Below, piece by piece: positions 49,801-63,932 of a stretch of 64,000 nucleotides of DNA. Numbering within the stretch: position 1 is the first letter of the stretch; each line of letters begins with the position of its first letter. Origin of the DNA: Azolla caroliniana (taxonomy: Eukaryota; Plantae; Polypodiophyta); assembly GCA_043228905.1 (NCBI GenBank), contig JBHGNT010000002.1, positions 14,632,001 through 14,696,000 of the forward strand, written 5' to 3'. A program made the position numbers and the translations under genes. The notes under the pieces were generated by a model. That model ran no database searches, had not been told where the DNA came from, and saw nothing but the letters and a program-made list of their open reading frames with translations.

Positions 49801-52386
49801 CTGCTCGTCCGAGTAACCGACCAAGATGCACTTCTCGGCCTTTGCGTCCAGCTTCCTCCTTTTCTCCTTCGGTACATGCACATACGCAATGCTACCGAAC
49901 ACCCTCAAGTGTTGCAAGTTCGGCTTCGTTCCGAATTATAGCTCGTGCGCCGACACTTTGTCTGCGATCCGGTTCTGGATGTATACCGCAGTCCTTACCG
50001 CCTTGGCCCAATAGAACTTGGGCAAGCTCTTCTCCTCCAGCATTGCCCGTGCCGCTTCCACAACTGACTGATTCTTCCTCTCGGCCACGCCGTTCTGCTC
50101 TGGCGTGTATCTACAACTGAATTCGCGCCGAATTCCCATTTGTTGTAGATAACAGTTGAATTGATCGGAAAAGTACTTTTTCCCGCCATCCGACCGCAGA
50201 CACTTGATCTTTCGTCCCGTTTCCATTTCCACGAACCCTTTGAGGTCCCGGAAACAGTCGAAGACTTCGCTCTTCCTCTCAATGAGGTAGATCCACGTGT
50301 GCCGCGTGTGGTCGTCGATGAAGGAGACGAAATATCGGCTCCCGCCAAGACTAACGTTTTGTGCCGGCCCCCATACATCGGAGTGTATAAGGTCGAGCTT
50401 ATTCCGGCTCCGATTTCGCTCATTGGGGAAAGGAAGTCGGTGTTGCTTCCCGAGTTGGCAGGCTTCACAAATTTGTGCCTTTCGGCCACAAATTTGGGCA
50501 ATCCGAAAACTACCTGTTTCGATTGCAGATCTTGAAGCCGTTGGTGGTTGACGTGGCCTATCCGCTTGTGCCACAAGTCGATGTCCGACTCGGTCTTTTG
50601 TCCCTTCGCGAACATTGTGGTGCCACCATCAGTGGAGTTGAGGATGAACATCCTCCCATCTCTGCGCCCTTGCGCAATCACACGGCCTTCTTCCTCAATG
50701 AAGCACCCGAGGTGTGTAAACCGAACCTCCATCCCTTGGTCGACGATCTGTCAGACCGAGACCAAGTTTTTCGTGATTGTCGGAACGTGCAGCACGTTCA
50801 TGAGTTTCCCTTTCTGCCCGACATGGCTAAGGGGAACTTCTCTCACATTCGCGATCGGATGCGGAGTGTTGTCTCCTGTTGCGACTACTCCAGGTTGTAT
50901 CGGTTTTTCAAGGTACGAGAACCACTCCTTATGGCTCGTCATGTGGTTTGACGCGCCGGAGTCTACGTACCACACCTCGTCCGATCTCGGGGTGCTTTGT
51001 TTCATTGAGTTTGCTTCGTGTCTCGTCACGAAGACAGACCCTTCTCCAGCTCTCCCGGAGTCTTTGGCGTAGTGCGACCGTTGCCGATTTCCCTTGTGGG
51101 TATGTCCGGAGCCGTTTCCGGAACCGGTTCTCTCCGAATCGGCGCGCTTCTTCCAGCACTCACTTTCCCTGTGGCCTTTCTTGCCACAGTACCAGCACTC
51201 CGCGATGGCCTTCCCTTGCCGGTTCTCATCGCTTTGACTCCCCCTGTTTCTGGAGGGTCCGGAGTTGCTGTCGGCATCACTTCGGTGCCTTCTTCCTTGA
51301 TCTCGTCGGCCGCCTTCATTGCGCCCCGACCCGCCTCGTCCTCCACGTCCACGAGGCCTATCTCCCTCCGTGTACAACTTTCTACTGTCGGCGTGCGTGC
51401 TTGTAGACGCACCCGCGTGGTTCTCCTCTACCAGGAGCATCGACTGTAAGTCGAAAAAGGACGACGTATTCTCCCGGGTACACACAGCCGTTCGGAACGC
51501 TCCGAACTTCGACGCCAAACCTTCGAGACAGATCTGGACCATCTCGCTCTCCTCGATGTTCACCTCTATGGAGGCGACCGACAAGTCGCGTTGTCGTAGG
51601 TTGCTCAACTCCTTTCGGAGCTGAAGCTTCCTGGCTGTGGTGCTCGCGGCGAAAATCTTCTTCAGATTTTCCCAGGCACCCTTCGGCGTCTTTGCATCCC
51701 GAACATAGCTCAATAGCTGTTCGCCCACACACGACGCGAAGCAGTATAATACCCTGCTCGCCGATTGCTCCTACGACGGGAAGTCTCTGTGTGTCGATTC
51801 GGGTGCCGCGTCATTAGCTCCTTCGACATAACTCCTGTAACCGTGTCTGAGCAGGTACTGGTGCATCTTGTAGGACCAAGACGCGTAGTTGGTTCTGTCG
51901 AGCTTCTCTAATGGAAGCGAGCTCGCCATGCCTCTATCCATCGTTCTTCTTGTTCTTCTTCGTCAAGCTGTGTCGGCTGCAGAGAGGTTCTCAACCCTCG
52001 CGCTCTGATACCATGTAGAAAGTAGCGTGCGGAAGCAAGTATGAAGACCGAACAGAAGGGAGGAAACTCAGGTTCAATGGAGAGCTTGGGCTTACACGGT
52101 ATATGCAGGAGAGACAGAGAGAGGAAAACAGAAAAAACTATTTCAATAATAATACTCAGTCTGTACATAAGACGTGCTCAGTGAACACTTTTATACAAGT
52201 CCTAGAAGGACTGATTGAAGTACTGATAGTACTTCAATGCTCATCAAGAGCTCCTACACTAACTCCCAAATATATTCCTCACGGAATATCTTTCCTAATG
52301 ACCTCCCGGTTTACGCACTCGGCCTAACCGATCCGGTCCTCGGTTTCTTCAGCTGATCTGGCCGATGTTGAGCTTGTCTCTCAACA
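46806..52386 (-). mobile_element. Ty1/Copia element J (same family as C), all domains present but disrupted
   Basis: LTRs 52014-52386 and 46806-47191. Perfect TSD agttc. PBS at 52002-52013. PPT at 47192-47202. Confidence 0.97.
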
Positions 52387-53082
52387 AGTTCGCATCAAGA
52401 GTAGAAGAAGTTCAACAATGAACACTCAGGTGGGAAGCGCCCTTCTCTCTGAGAAGCTCGATAGAACAAACTTCGCATCTTGGGAGTACAAGATGCATCA
52501 ATACCTTGTTGAGCAAGGTTACTGGAGCTACATCGAGGGAGCTCACGAAACGCAACCCAACCTGACACACGCCGACTACCTAGCGTGGGAGCAGGGTACG
52601 AGCTGTATGTTGTATTGCCTTGTGTCATGTGTTCATGACCACATGCTTGGCTATATTCAAGATTCGAAAATGTCGAAAGAAGCTTGGGGAAATCTCAAGA
52701 AGATTTTTGCGGCCAATACGGTTGCACGAAAGCGCCTACTTCGATAGGAGGTAAACAACATACAATAGAGGGACATGTCGATCACCGGCTATACCTTGAA
52801 GATCAAGGAGCTGTGTGATGCCCTTGGATCGATCAATGTCATCATCGACGATGACGAAATGGTACAAATATGCCTTGGCGGCTTAGCTCTGTGATTTGGC
52901 ACAATCATGTTGGCCATTTTCGCAAGGGAGAACCCACCTTCCTTCTTCGACCTTCAATCATGCCCGACAAAGGGAAAAATAACTGGATGGTCAGGTGCTC
53001 TACTCACAGTCGGATGACAGAATAGGATTTGGCCAAAGGAAATAGAGGTCGATTCGGCTGAGGGTGATAGGGTTAGTCGAAC

Positions 53083-53326
53083 CATAGTACGTAAAATTCG
53101 TGTTCATCTAGCATAACATTCGTTTTCCTACATTGGAAAATGAATGCGAATGTTATTCAAACATTCTTGTGTGTTTTTTTTCCATTTTTTAGGCTTATTT
53201 ACCTCATAATAAATAGTTAATCCAAAAGTATGGTATTTATCATTCTTTGAGGGTGTTTTTCTTACGCGAATGGTTCAATCATTCACGAATGTGAATGCAT
53301 GTATGGTACGCATGGTTCATACTATG
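53083..53326. mobile_element. hAT-superfamily MITE, 244 bp
   Basis: Perfect 8-bp TSD agtcgaac (53075-53082, 53327-53334). TIR catagta...tactatg. AT-rich non-coding interior. Confidence 0.92.
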
Positions 53327-56174
53327 AGTCGAACCGAGAACGCAACTCCTACTAGCTAGAGAGTTTGGCAGAAGGGGAGCTATCCTGCCGGACCGAGCAA
53401 TCGTAACAACCCGATCGAATGTGGGTACTATGGAAAACTCAGCCACTATGAAGACGAGTGCCGAAAGAAGATACGAGACTCGGCTTCGACTAGCTGATAA
53501 CTCACTAACTACGCGTCAAATTCCAACTATGACGATCGAGGCGGAATGTTTATGATGAGGTGCAAAGCACATTTGATGTCGACACAAGGTGAGACAAGCA
53601 CCTCAACCTCAGATAATGTATGGTTTGTTGACTCGGGAGCGCCCAATCATATTGTTGGCATAAAAGCTCGACTCCTTCCAATTTGTATCCATCCTAGTGT
53701 GAACTCATTCACATAGTTAGGGCTTAGTATATAAGCAATAACCTAATGTTGAAAAGAGAGAGAGTGAGAGAGAACGTAATAAAGTTTTCCATTAAACCTC
53801 ATTTCTGTGTAAGTCTCTGCCTTCCCCCCCTTCAGTGTTGTTTTCCGACATATGCAAACAGGATGTCATATGCTTCCGCATACGCACACACCTACCAAAC
53901 CTTCTTCAACTGGTATCAGAGCGTCCTTGCTATTCGAAAACAGAAAACAGAAGAAGCTCAAAAGAAAAAGACTAGGTCAGTAAAAATCTCATTTTTCATA
54001 GAAGAATATGGCTTAAAAATTTGGAACAGGAGTTGAAATCAGAAAGTTTGATGGCAAAAATTTTGCACTTTGGAATGAGATGATGCAGGATGTTTCGATC
54101 ATTAGAAGACAAGTCGAAGCTATTTGACACAATGAAAAACCCGCTTCGAGGACAACCAAAGAGTGGAAATCGATGGACTTTCACACTCCACAATCCGAAT
54201 GCATCTGGCCGAAAACGTCTACTTCAACATGGCAGAAGAGACGACAATGTTCTCATTGTGGGACAAGTTACAAGCCATGTACAAGAAGAAGTCCTCATCT
54301 TCGAAATTGATTTTGATCAAACAGTTTTTCAACATAAAAATGAGAGAATCCGATCCGGCTACCTCCCACATCAACACCTTCAGCCGGCTGTTGTCAAAAT
54401 TCTCCTCACAAGGGATAAACTTCGAAGAAGAAGTGAAATCCCTTGCCCTCCTATCTAGCTTGCCGGCGAGTTGGGAGGTATTCTGCACGACATACGCAAA
54501 TAGTCGACCGATCCTAAATCTGGATGAGACGATTGGCCAAGTCCTCACCAAGGACATTCGACGAAAATCAATGGGACTTACCATCAATGAATCGGCAGAA
54601 GCCCATCACTCAACTGAATCGTTACATCGATAGACTCATACGAGAGAACAAGCTGACAGAACCGATCAGAATACCAACCGATCAAAATCGAGGGGAAACT
54701 GATAGCGGTCGAAGACGAGAACGGCTTCCGATCAAGCAAATTCTACACACATTGCAGAAAAGCTGGCCACAATGTTTTCGACTGATGGTCAATCAAGAGA
54801 AAAGATAATGGTTGGCGACCCGAGCGGAATCGAGGATGACCCGACTCAGACCACTCTCCTATAGGCAACCAAATCAATGTTGCCGACACCCGATCAGGAG
54901 AAATTCTCTCCTTAGAGGATTCAGTGATCGGAGAAGTCCTCTACAGTGCATAGGATGCACACATGTGGTTACTAGATTCCGGTGCCACATTCCATGTGAC
55001 CCCGAACATTGAATGGTTCTCGAAGTATTCAACCGACGCTAGTGACACAATCCGATTAGGCTACGGGCAGTAGTGCAGAATTGCAAGGACCGAAGAAATT
55101 CCCATCTGATTGCCAAACGGCAACACAATAAGCCGGCATTGAGTTCGGCACGTACTTGATCTGGAAAGGAATTTGGTCTCCATCCGCATGCTAGCCAAAG
55201 ACGGGTACCGAACAACTCTAAGTGAGTCGATATGGATGATCAGCCGGGGAAATCTCAGAATTGGGAGTGGACACAAGTACAATAACCTATACCCACTAAT
55301 GACAATTAATCCAGAAGGGGCCATGAACTTAGCCAAAAAGACCGACCCAAACCTATGGCATGGCCAACTCGGCCATATGTCTCAAGCTAGACTTGATCGG
55401 CTGATGTCGGTAGGCTACATCCCGAACTCCAAGCAAAGACGGACTTCTGTGAACACTGTCGATATGGGAAACAGACCTGAAGTTCACACTCTCTCCACTA
55501 CGAGACAATACGACAATCCCTAGAGCTCGTGCACAAAAATATATGTGGGCCCATGCCAGAGTGATCACTAGGAGGCTCCTGATACTTCATCACATTTGTA
55601 GATGATTGTACGTGGAAAGTTTCGGCATACTCCATCAGGTGCAAAGACGAAACGCTCGAGGTCTTCACTCGGTGGATAACTGGTTGGGACACAAAGTAAA
55701 GACACTCCGATTCGACAACAGAGGCGAATATACCTCTAGAGCCTTCAAACAGTACCTGTCCAACAAAGGGATCCGACACCAAAAGATCGTTCCCTCACAC
55801 CCATGCAAAATGGACTGGCAGAACGGATGAACAGAATGATCCAGGAGAGGGTGACTTCAATGCTCCAGCAAGCCGGACTGAAGCTGGAATTCTGGGCAGA
55901 AGCATTGCAGATGGTGATATACTTGATAAATCTGGCTCTGTCAAGAGCAATCAAGCTTGAAGTGCCACAGACACTATGGTCAGGCAAATAACCGACTTAC
56001 GATAGGCTCCGTATATTCGGATGCGAAGCGTACGCATTCATCCCTAGGGATAAAAGGACAAAACTAGCACCCCATGCAATGAAATGCATATTTCTCGGTT
56101 ATGGAACCGATGGGGAATTCGGCTATAGGCTATGGGACCATGAGAACGGGAAACTAATCCGGAGCAGTGACGTA

Positions 56175-58032
56175 GTCTTCAATGCAGACTCTATCTTCTC
56201 TCAATGGAACCAACAGAAAACAGTTGGAAAAAAGGTATCCTTCCAAGATGATAGAGATGTCGTAGAAGGACCGACCCACCGGGCCGCCTCAGAGAATCGA
56301 CAAACAGTTGAACTCGAACAAGCCAACAACATACCTACCGACTCCGATTTGGTAGGAAGTCCATTAGTCGAAATCAAAGACAAAGCCATCAATGACAAAG
56401 CCAATTTGACAAGAGTCAAAGTAGGCAAAGCCAACAAGATGCGAGTAGGAAACACAACCGAGTCGACAAAGTCCATAGGGGAGAACAACGACAAGACTCC
56501 TAACCAAGTCGATCGAAGAATCCAAACCACTTATCTCGGCACACAGGAGATTTGGACAGGCTCGAAGGCCAATGGAATTATTTCAACCGGGCCGCGACTA
56601 TGTCAACTGCATCGATGCAGGCGAACCAAGTACTTATGAAGAAGCTATGGCCGCAACAGACGCCGACGCATGGCTACAAGCTATGAAATCTAGAATGGAC
56701 TCTATCCACAAGAATCAGACATGGGAGCTGGTTGAACTACCAGCTGGAAGAAAACCGCCACCTTGCAAATGGGTATTCTGATACAAGTATGTATCGGACT
56801 TAGAAAAACCCAAGTACAAAGCTCGGCGTGTCGCGAAAGGGTTCAAGCAAGAACATTGGGTCGACTACGATGAGATATTCTCACCAGTAGTCAAGATGAC
56901 CACCGTCCGACTCCTACTAGGAGTTGTAGCGGTAGAAGATGTTGAGCTTGAATAGATGGACGTAAAGACGACATTCCTACATGGAGATCTAGAAGAAGAC
57001 ATCTACTTGTCTCAACCGACAGGCTTCTCGACGAGGAGGGAGGAAAGACACCTCCTCGTATGTCGATTAAAGAAAAGTTTATATGGTGTCTTCAATGAAG
57101 ACTCTATCTTCTCTCAGTGGAACCAACAGAAAATAGTTGGAAAAAAGGTATCGTTCCAAGATGACAGAGACATCGTAGAAGGACTGACCCACTGGGCCAC
57201 CTCAGAGATTCAACAAACAATCGAACTTGAACAAGCCGACAACATAACTGCCGACTCCGAATCGGTAGGAAGTCCATTAGTCGAACTCGAAGACAAAGCC
57301 ATGAATGATAGAGCCAATTCGACAAGAGTCGAAGAAGGCAAAGCCAACAAAATGCGAGTAGGAAACATAACCAAGCCGACAAAGTCCACAGGGGAGAACA
57401 ACGACAAGACTCCTAACACAAATGGTTCAACAAATACCGATTGCGCAACCAAGTCGATCGATGAATACGAACCACTTATCTCAGCACACAGGAGATTTGG
57501 ACGAGCTCGAAGGCCAACAGAGTTTTTTCAACCGGGCCTCGACTATGTCAACTACACCGATGCAGGCGAACCAAGCACTTATGAAGAAGCTATGGCCGCA
57601 ACGGACGCCGACACATGGCTACAAGCTATGAAATCTGAAATGGACTCGAGACACAAGAATCAGACATGGGAGTTGGTTGAACTACTAGCTGGAAGAAAGC
57701 CGCTACCTTGCAAATGGATATTTCGATACAAGTATGTATCTGACTCAGAAAAACCCAAGTACAAAGCTTGGCTTGTCGCGAAAGGCTTCAAGCAAGAACA
57801 TGGGGTCGACTACGATGAGATATTCTCACCAGTAGTCAAGATGAACACCCTTCGACACCTACTAGGAGTTGTAGTGATAGAAGATTTTGAGGTTGAACAG
57901 ATGGACGTAAAGACGACATTCCTACATGGAGATCTAGAAGAAGACATCTATCTACATGTCTCAACCGACAGGCTTCTCGGCGACGAGGGAGGAAAGACAC
58001 CTCGTATGTCGATTAAAGAAAAGACTATATGG
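56175..58032 (+). repeat. ~0.91-0.95 kb tandem duplication (IN C-terminus to mid-RT) in K
   Basis: VFN.DSIFSQWNQQK...VCRLKKSLYG occurs twice (56175-57087, 57088-~58032). Confidence 0.92.
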
Positions 58033-58284
58033 CTTTAAACAAGCGCTGAGGATGTGGTACCAGAAACTTGAGTCTTACATCAGGCAACTTGGATAATGTA
58101 GAACTAACTTCGACCCATGTCTGTATGTTCGACAACTAGCCGACGAGCACAGGATCTATCTGATCCTATATGTCGACGACATGCTAATTGCAAGAAGCAA
58201 TCAAGTAGGGATCGGGAAAGTGAAGCGGAACCTTCATGACAAGTTCACGATGAAGGAACTCGGACAAGCCCCACACATACTGGG

Positions 58285-61200
58285 TGTAAAAGTTAGTGTG
58301 TGGAAGCTTATGCAAAATAGGCTCTTCCGGATAGTAACAATAAAGAGAAGAAGGTTTAATGGAAGCTTAACACAGAGAATAAACATACACAGGGGAGAGA
58401 GAGAGAGAGAGAGGGAGAGAGAGAGAGAGCAGAACATAATACTCTCAATATTCTGTATACATGGAATGTGCTCGGAGAGCACTTTTATACAAGTTCATAA
58501 AGGATTGACAGAAGTACTAGCATGTACTTCAATGCTCATATGAGCGACTGCTAGTGACTCCCAAAAATATGCCTATGTACTAGGCTGGATCCGTGGGCCT
58601 CTAACAGCCTACTGGTTTCAATCCGATCCGGCTCTTGGTTCCGGATATCATTTGGACACCGATCCGGCTCTCCATTTCGGATACTGATCCGGTTCTGGCT
58701 TATTCAGCCGATCCGGATCCGGTCGAGCTTGCTCGCTCAACACTCCCCCTCAAGCTCAACTTGAGGTCGGATCGAGGTGTCAGTGTCTGCAATAGCCGGT
58801 TCTCCTCTCTGGCTCCTCTTACTTGCTTGCCTTGTTCGCGCACCTTGTCTGGTCCGGTTCCGCTTCCTATGATCTATCCAGTTCCACGCACCTTGACCTC
58901 CTTGGTCAACTTGTCTGCTCAGCACACCCATGTCAGCTCCTTCGTTACTGCGACTCCGGCTCTTGTCCACTTGTCGGTTCGTTCATGTTGGCGCAGACTT
59001 TCGCTGTCTCTTAGTTCGCATGGCCTTTAGTTGATGCGTCTCTTCCGAATCCAACTGTTGAACCGAATCGAGTGTCTCCGATTCGTTCCAGCTCTTGTCG
59101 AAATCGGTCGCTTCTTCCGGCTCTTGTCCGAGTTGGTGTTCTCCGACTTGTCTTCCGTTTTTAGGCCCTTCACCACATTGGACCACGTACGGGTCTTGAT
59201 CTTCTTCAGGTCGGCTCTGTCCTTCTTGACTCTGCCACCACTGCCGCTTGCTCCGACTTGTTCGGATGTGCCAACTTCTTCGGTCAGCTCGGCTTCCTTT
59301 TTTTGTTTATCTCCCCCCTTGATTCTTTCTTCCTCTCCGGCTCCTTGTCCGGTGTCATGTTCCCCCCCTCATGTGCGGGACATCGAGATGTTGAATGTCG
59401 AGCATCTCCGAAAAATGCTGCAACTTGTCTGATCTGAGTGGCTTGGTGAAGATGTCGGCAACCTGCCAATCCGTGTGAACATACCGAGTTCAACTTCACC
59501 GCTGAGAACCCGCTCATGGACAAAGTGATAATGCACTTCTATGTGCTTTGTCTGAGCATGGAACACTAGGTTCTTGGCGAGTTGTATGCTGCTCATGTTG
59601 TCACAGTGGATCGGGATCAGGGTCGGCATCTCGATCCGGAGGTCACGCAACAGACGCCGAAGCCAGATGGCGTCACAAGTGGGAATGGTAGCGCCTTGGT
59701 ATTCAGCCTCAGTGCTCGATAGAGCCACTGTTGGCTGCTTTTTGCTGCTCCACCCAAGAGTTGCGCTACCAAGAGAAAACATGTAACCGGAAGTGGATTG
59801 ATGATTCGATGCATCACCAGCCCAGTTGGCATCGGTATATCTGACTAGCTTCCCAGCTATACCGTGTTAGTATAATAGTCCCTGGTCCTACATGCCACTA
59901 ACATACTGGAGTATCCAGTGTGCGCACTGAAGGTGCTCGACGGTCGGCTTCTGCATAAACTAGCTGATCACTCCGACTGAATAACTGATGTCGGGTTGGG
60001 TGATTGTCAAGTAGATAAGGCTTCCGACAATTTGTTGGAACCATTTCTCAACGCAGGCCGGTCTGGAGTCGAGACGTAGCTTCAGGTTTCAGTCTAGGGG
60101 TGTGGAGATTGGTTGGCATTTAGTCATACCGAACTTGTACAACATATTCAACACATAATGGCGTTGTGCAAGAAATATGCCATTGGCGGTTCGGATCACC
60201 TCGATCCCAAGAAAATAATGAAGGTCCCCCAGGTCCTTCATTTCAAATGCGCCCGACAACTGGGACTTCACTCTGTCGATTTCATCGAGTTCGGGTCCGG
60301 TGATGACTAAATCATCTACATAAAGCAAAATGCAAACCGGACCATTCCAGATGAACAATGAAGAGTCAGACTTAGAGGCCACAAACCCCATCTTATGCAA
60401 CCGATGCATGATCTTTGCATTCTATGCTCGAGGGGCTTGTTTCAGATTGTAAAACAACTTCTTGAGTCGGCACACTACCGACTTCATCTCTAATTGGAAA
60501 CTGGGGGGGTTGGATCATATAGACCCGTTCTTCAAGATCACCTTGAAGAAATGCATTCTTCACGTCCATTTGGTGAAGATGCCATCCCCTTGCTGCAGCA
60601 ACTGCCAATACCACACTAACCGTCGTCATCTTCGCTACCGGAGCGAAGGTCTCGTTGTAGTCAATTCCGTGGGTCTGTGCATATCCCTTCGCCATTAACC
60701 GGGCCTTGTGTTGGTTGACAGAACCGTCAACATTGTACTTTACTTTGTAAACCTATTTGCAATCGATCGGTTTATAGTGTCGGGGAGGGTCAACCAGGTC
60801 CCAAGTGTCGTTGGCATCTAGTACTCACATTTCTTCCTCCATAGCAGCACGCCAATTTGCGTCTTTTGTTGCTTCTGCGTAGCTCTCCGGCTCATGCACT
60901 TCCGCCACCTTAGTCATGTACGCATAGTGATGCGCCTTGTACTCATTGTATCTGTACATTTGGACGGGGTTCTTCTAGCGGATTTCGCGGTGTAACTTTC
61001 CATTAGCCGGTTTGAGGCCCTTCTTGGCCGGTTCAGACTTCCTTTCTGAAGATCCTCCTTCCTTTCCGGGGTCATATCCGCTCCAATCTGATCCGACCCT
61101 TCAGTGCCGGTATCATATTTCGACATCTTCTTCTTCCCCTTGTCTTTGCGTGTGAACCATCTCCTCAGTTCCTTGCACGGGGAGAGCACGATAGAGTCTT

Positions 61201-63932
61201 CACTACTCGCCAGTTCTTCATCCGACTGGTCATCCCGACTTAGCCGCTCTTTTGGTCCACTTAGCGGAAATGAGATTGGACTCTCTTCTAGAGTCCCAAT
61301 GTCTTCATCTTCTTCTTGGACATCCTTGGGCTCACTAGCCTCATCTTCTGGAATCGGGTCATCGTCGAGAGTTGGAGTCGGTAGGGTGTACCATGATGCC
61401 GACTCATCAGACTTGACATCTCGACTTACACGTACCTATTTAGTCTAGGGGTTATAACACTTATACCCCTTTTGCTCATGCGAGTAACCAACTAGGATAC
61501 ACTTCTTTGACTTCGGATCTAGCTTCTTCCGCTTCTCATCTGGTACATGCACATATGCTATACTACCGAATATCCGAAGGTGCCTCAAATTTGGCTTTCG
61601 CCTGAAATATAGCTCATGTGCTGACACCTTGTCTCCGATCCGGTTTTGGATGTAGACAAGCTGTCTGGACCGCCTCAGCCCAATAGATCGGTTCTTCCTT
61701 TCGGCCACATCATTTTGCTCTGGTGGTGTATCTACAGTTGAATTCTCTGTGAATTCCATTTTGCTGCAAGTAACTGTTGAATTGGACGGAAAAGTATTCT
61801 TTTCCGCCATCCGACCATAAACACTTGATCTTCCTCTCCGTTTCCCTTTCGACTAAACTTTGAAGGTTTCGGAAACAGTCGAAGACTTTGCTTTTCTTCT
61901 CGATGAGGTAGATCCATGTGTGCTGGTTGTAGTCGTTGATGAAGAAGACAAAATACCGACTCCCGCCAAGACTAACGTTTTGTGCTAGTCCCCATACATC
62001 CGAATGGATTAAGTCGAGCTTGTTAGGGTTCCAATTTCGTTTGGTGGGGAATGGAAGCCGATGTTTCTTCCCGAGTTGGCATGCTTCACATGTTTGGGTG
62101 TTCCGGCCACTAAACATCGGCAATTCGAACACAACTTGTTTCGATTGCAGATCTTGAAGCCTCTGGTAGTTGACGTGACCAATCCACTTATGCCAGAGAT
62201 CGATATCCAATTCAATCTTCTGTCCTTTGGCAAACATGGTGGTGCCGACGTCATTAGTGTTGAGGATGAACATCCTCCCTTCTCTACGCCCTTGCACAAT
62301 TATCTGGCCTTCTTCCTCAATGAAGAACCCGAGGTGTGTAAACCGCACCTGCATCCCCTGGTCGACGATTTGTCCAACCGACACTAGGTTCTTTGTGATA
62401 GTCGGAACGTGTAGTATGTTCATCAGCTTCCCCTTTTGTCTGACACGGCTCGAAGGGACCTCTCCGACATGCACAATCGGGTGAGGGGTGTCGTTTCCAG
62501 TTTGGACAATCCTCGATTGTTCCAGTTTCTCCAAAAAGGAAAACCACTCTTCATGGCTCTTCATGTAGTTGGACGCTCCGGAATCAACGTACCATACTTC
62601 CTCCGATTTGGACGTAGTCTTCTTCATTCGAGTTAGCCTTGTGCTTCATCACGAAGGCTGGATGTTTTCCAGCCTTCCTGGTTTTGGATCCTACTGTTCT
62701 TGCCGCGTAGTGCGAGCTTTGCCGGTTTTCCCAACTGGCTTTCCCAGATCCGGATTTGTCTGAATTGGCACGCTTCTTCCAACACTCACTTTCCTTGTGG
62801 CCTTTTTTTCCATAGTACCAACATTTTGTGTCAGCTTTTCCTTGCTAGTTTTTGGCTCCGACTTGACTCCCCCTGTTTGTGGAGGGTTTGGAACTGCTGT
62901 CGGCACCATCTCCGTGCCTTCGGTTCTGCTCTTGCCGGCTACTTCTATTGCATGCCGACCCACCTCGTCCTGCACGCCCACGGGGTCGATCCGCCTCCAT
63001 GTACAACATCCGACTATCCGATTGAGTGGACCTCGACCCAGTCGCGTGGTTTTCTTCGACCATCAACGTTAATTGTCAGTCGAAGAAGGACAGTGGCTTC
63101 TCCCGGGTGCAAATTGCCATCCGTATTGGCCTGTACCATTGTGCTAGACCATCGAGGCAGATTTGGACCATCTTTTCTTCGTCCACCGTCACATTGATGG
63201 ACCCGAGCACATCACAAATGTCCCTTATCTTAGTGATGTAGTCTGTAACCGACATATCTCTTTGTTGGATGTTGTTCAACTCCTGTCAGAGCTGCAACTT
63301 ACGGGCTGTGGTACTCACAGCAAAAATCTTCAGAAGATTTTCCTAGGCCTTGTTTGGCATTTTTGCATCTTGATGTGGCCGAGCATCTGATCGTGCACAC
63401 CAGATGTGAGGTAGTACAATACTTGGCTACAAAGGTTCTCAACCCTCGCGCTCTGATACCATGTAAAAGTTAGCGTGTGGAAGCTTATGCCAAACAAGCT
63501 CTGCCGGATAGTAACAGTAAAGAGAAGAAGGTTTAATGGAAGCTTAACACAGAGAATAAGCATACACAGGAGAGAGAGAGAGCGAGAGAGGAGAACATAA
63601 ACTCCCTTCAAAATAATACTCTCAATATTCTGTATACATGGAATGTGCTCAGAGAGCACTTTTATACAAGTCCATAAAGGACTGACAGAAGTACTAACAT
63701 GTACTTCAATGCTCATACGAGCGACTGTCACTGACTCCTAAAAATATGCCTACGTACTAGGCTGGATCCGTGGGCCTCTAACGGCCTACTGGTTTCAATC
63801 CGATCCTGGTGTCCAATCCGGCTCCTGGTTCCAGATATCATCTAGCCACCGATCCGGCTCTCCATTCCGGATACTGATCCGGCTCTGGCTTATTCAGCCG
63901 ATCCGGATCTGGTTGAGCTTGCTCGCTCAACA
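58285..63932 (-). mobile_element. Ty1/Copia element L (diverged relative of C/E/J; gag start deleted)
   Basis: LTRs 63462-63932 and 58285-58742. Perfect TSD ctggg. PBS at 63450-63461. PPT at 58743-58753. Confidence 0.96.

Larger units (their letters stand above)
46398..53652 (+). mobile_element. Ty1/Copia element I (5' LTR, leader, gag, start of PR; remainder probably beyond the window)
   Basis: LTR 46398-46692, PBS tggtatcagagt. Leader is split by J. gag MNTQVGSALLSEKLDRTNFASWEYKM at 52418. WFVDSGAPNH is cut by K. Confidence 0.88.

Noticed and set aside
56956-58038. 360-aa ORF as a novel RT fusion protein
   Set aside because: Created by the tandem duplication junction at 57087/57088.
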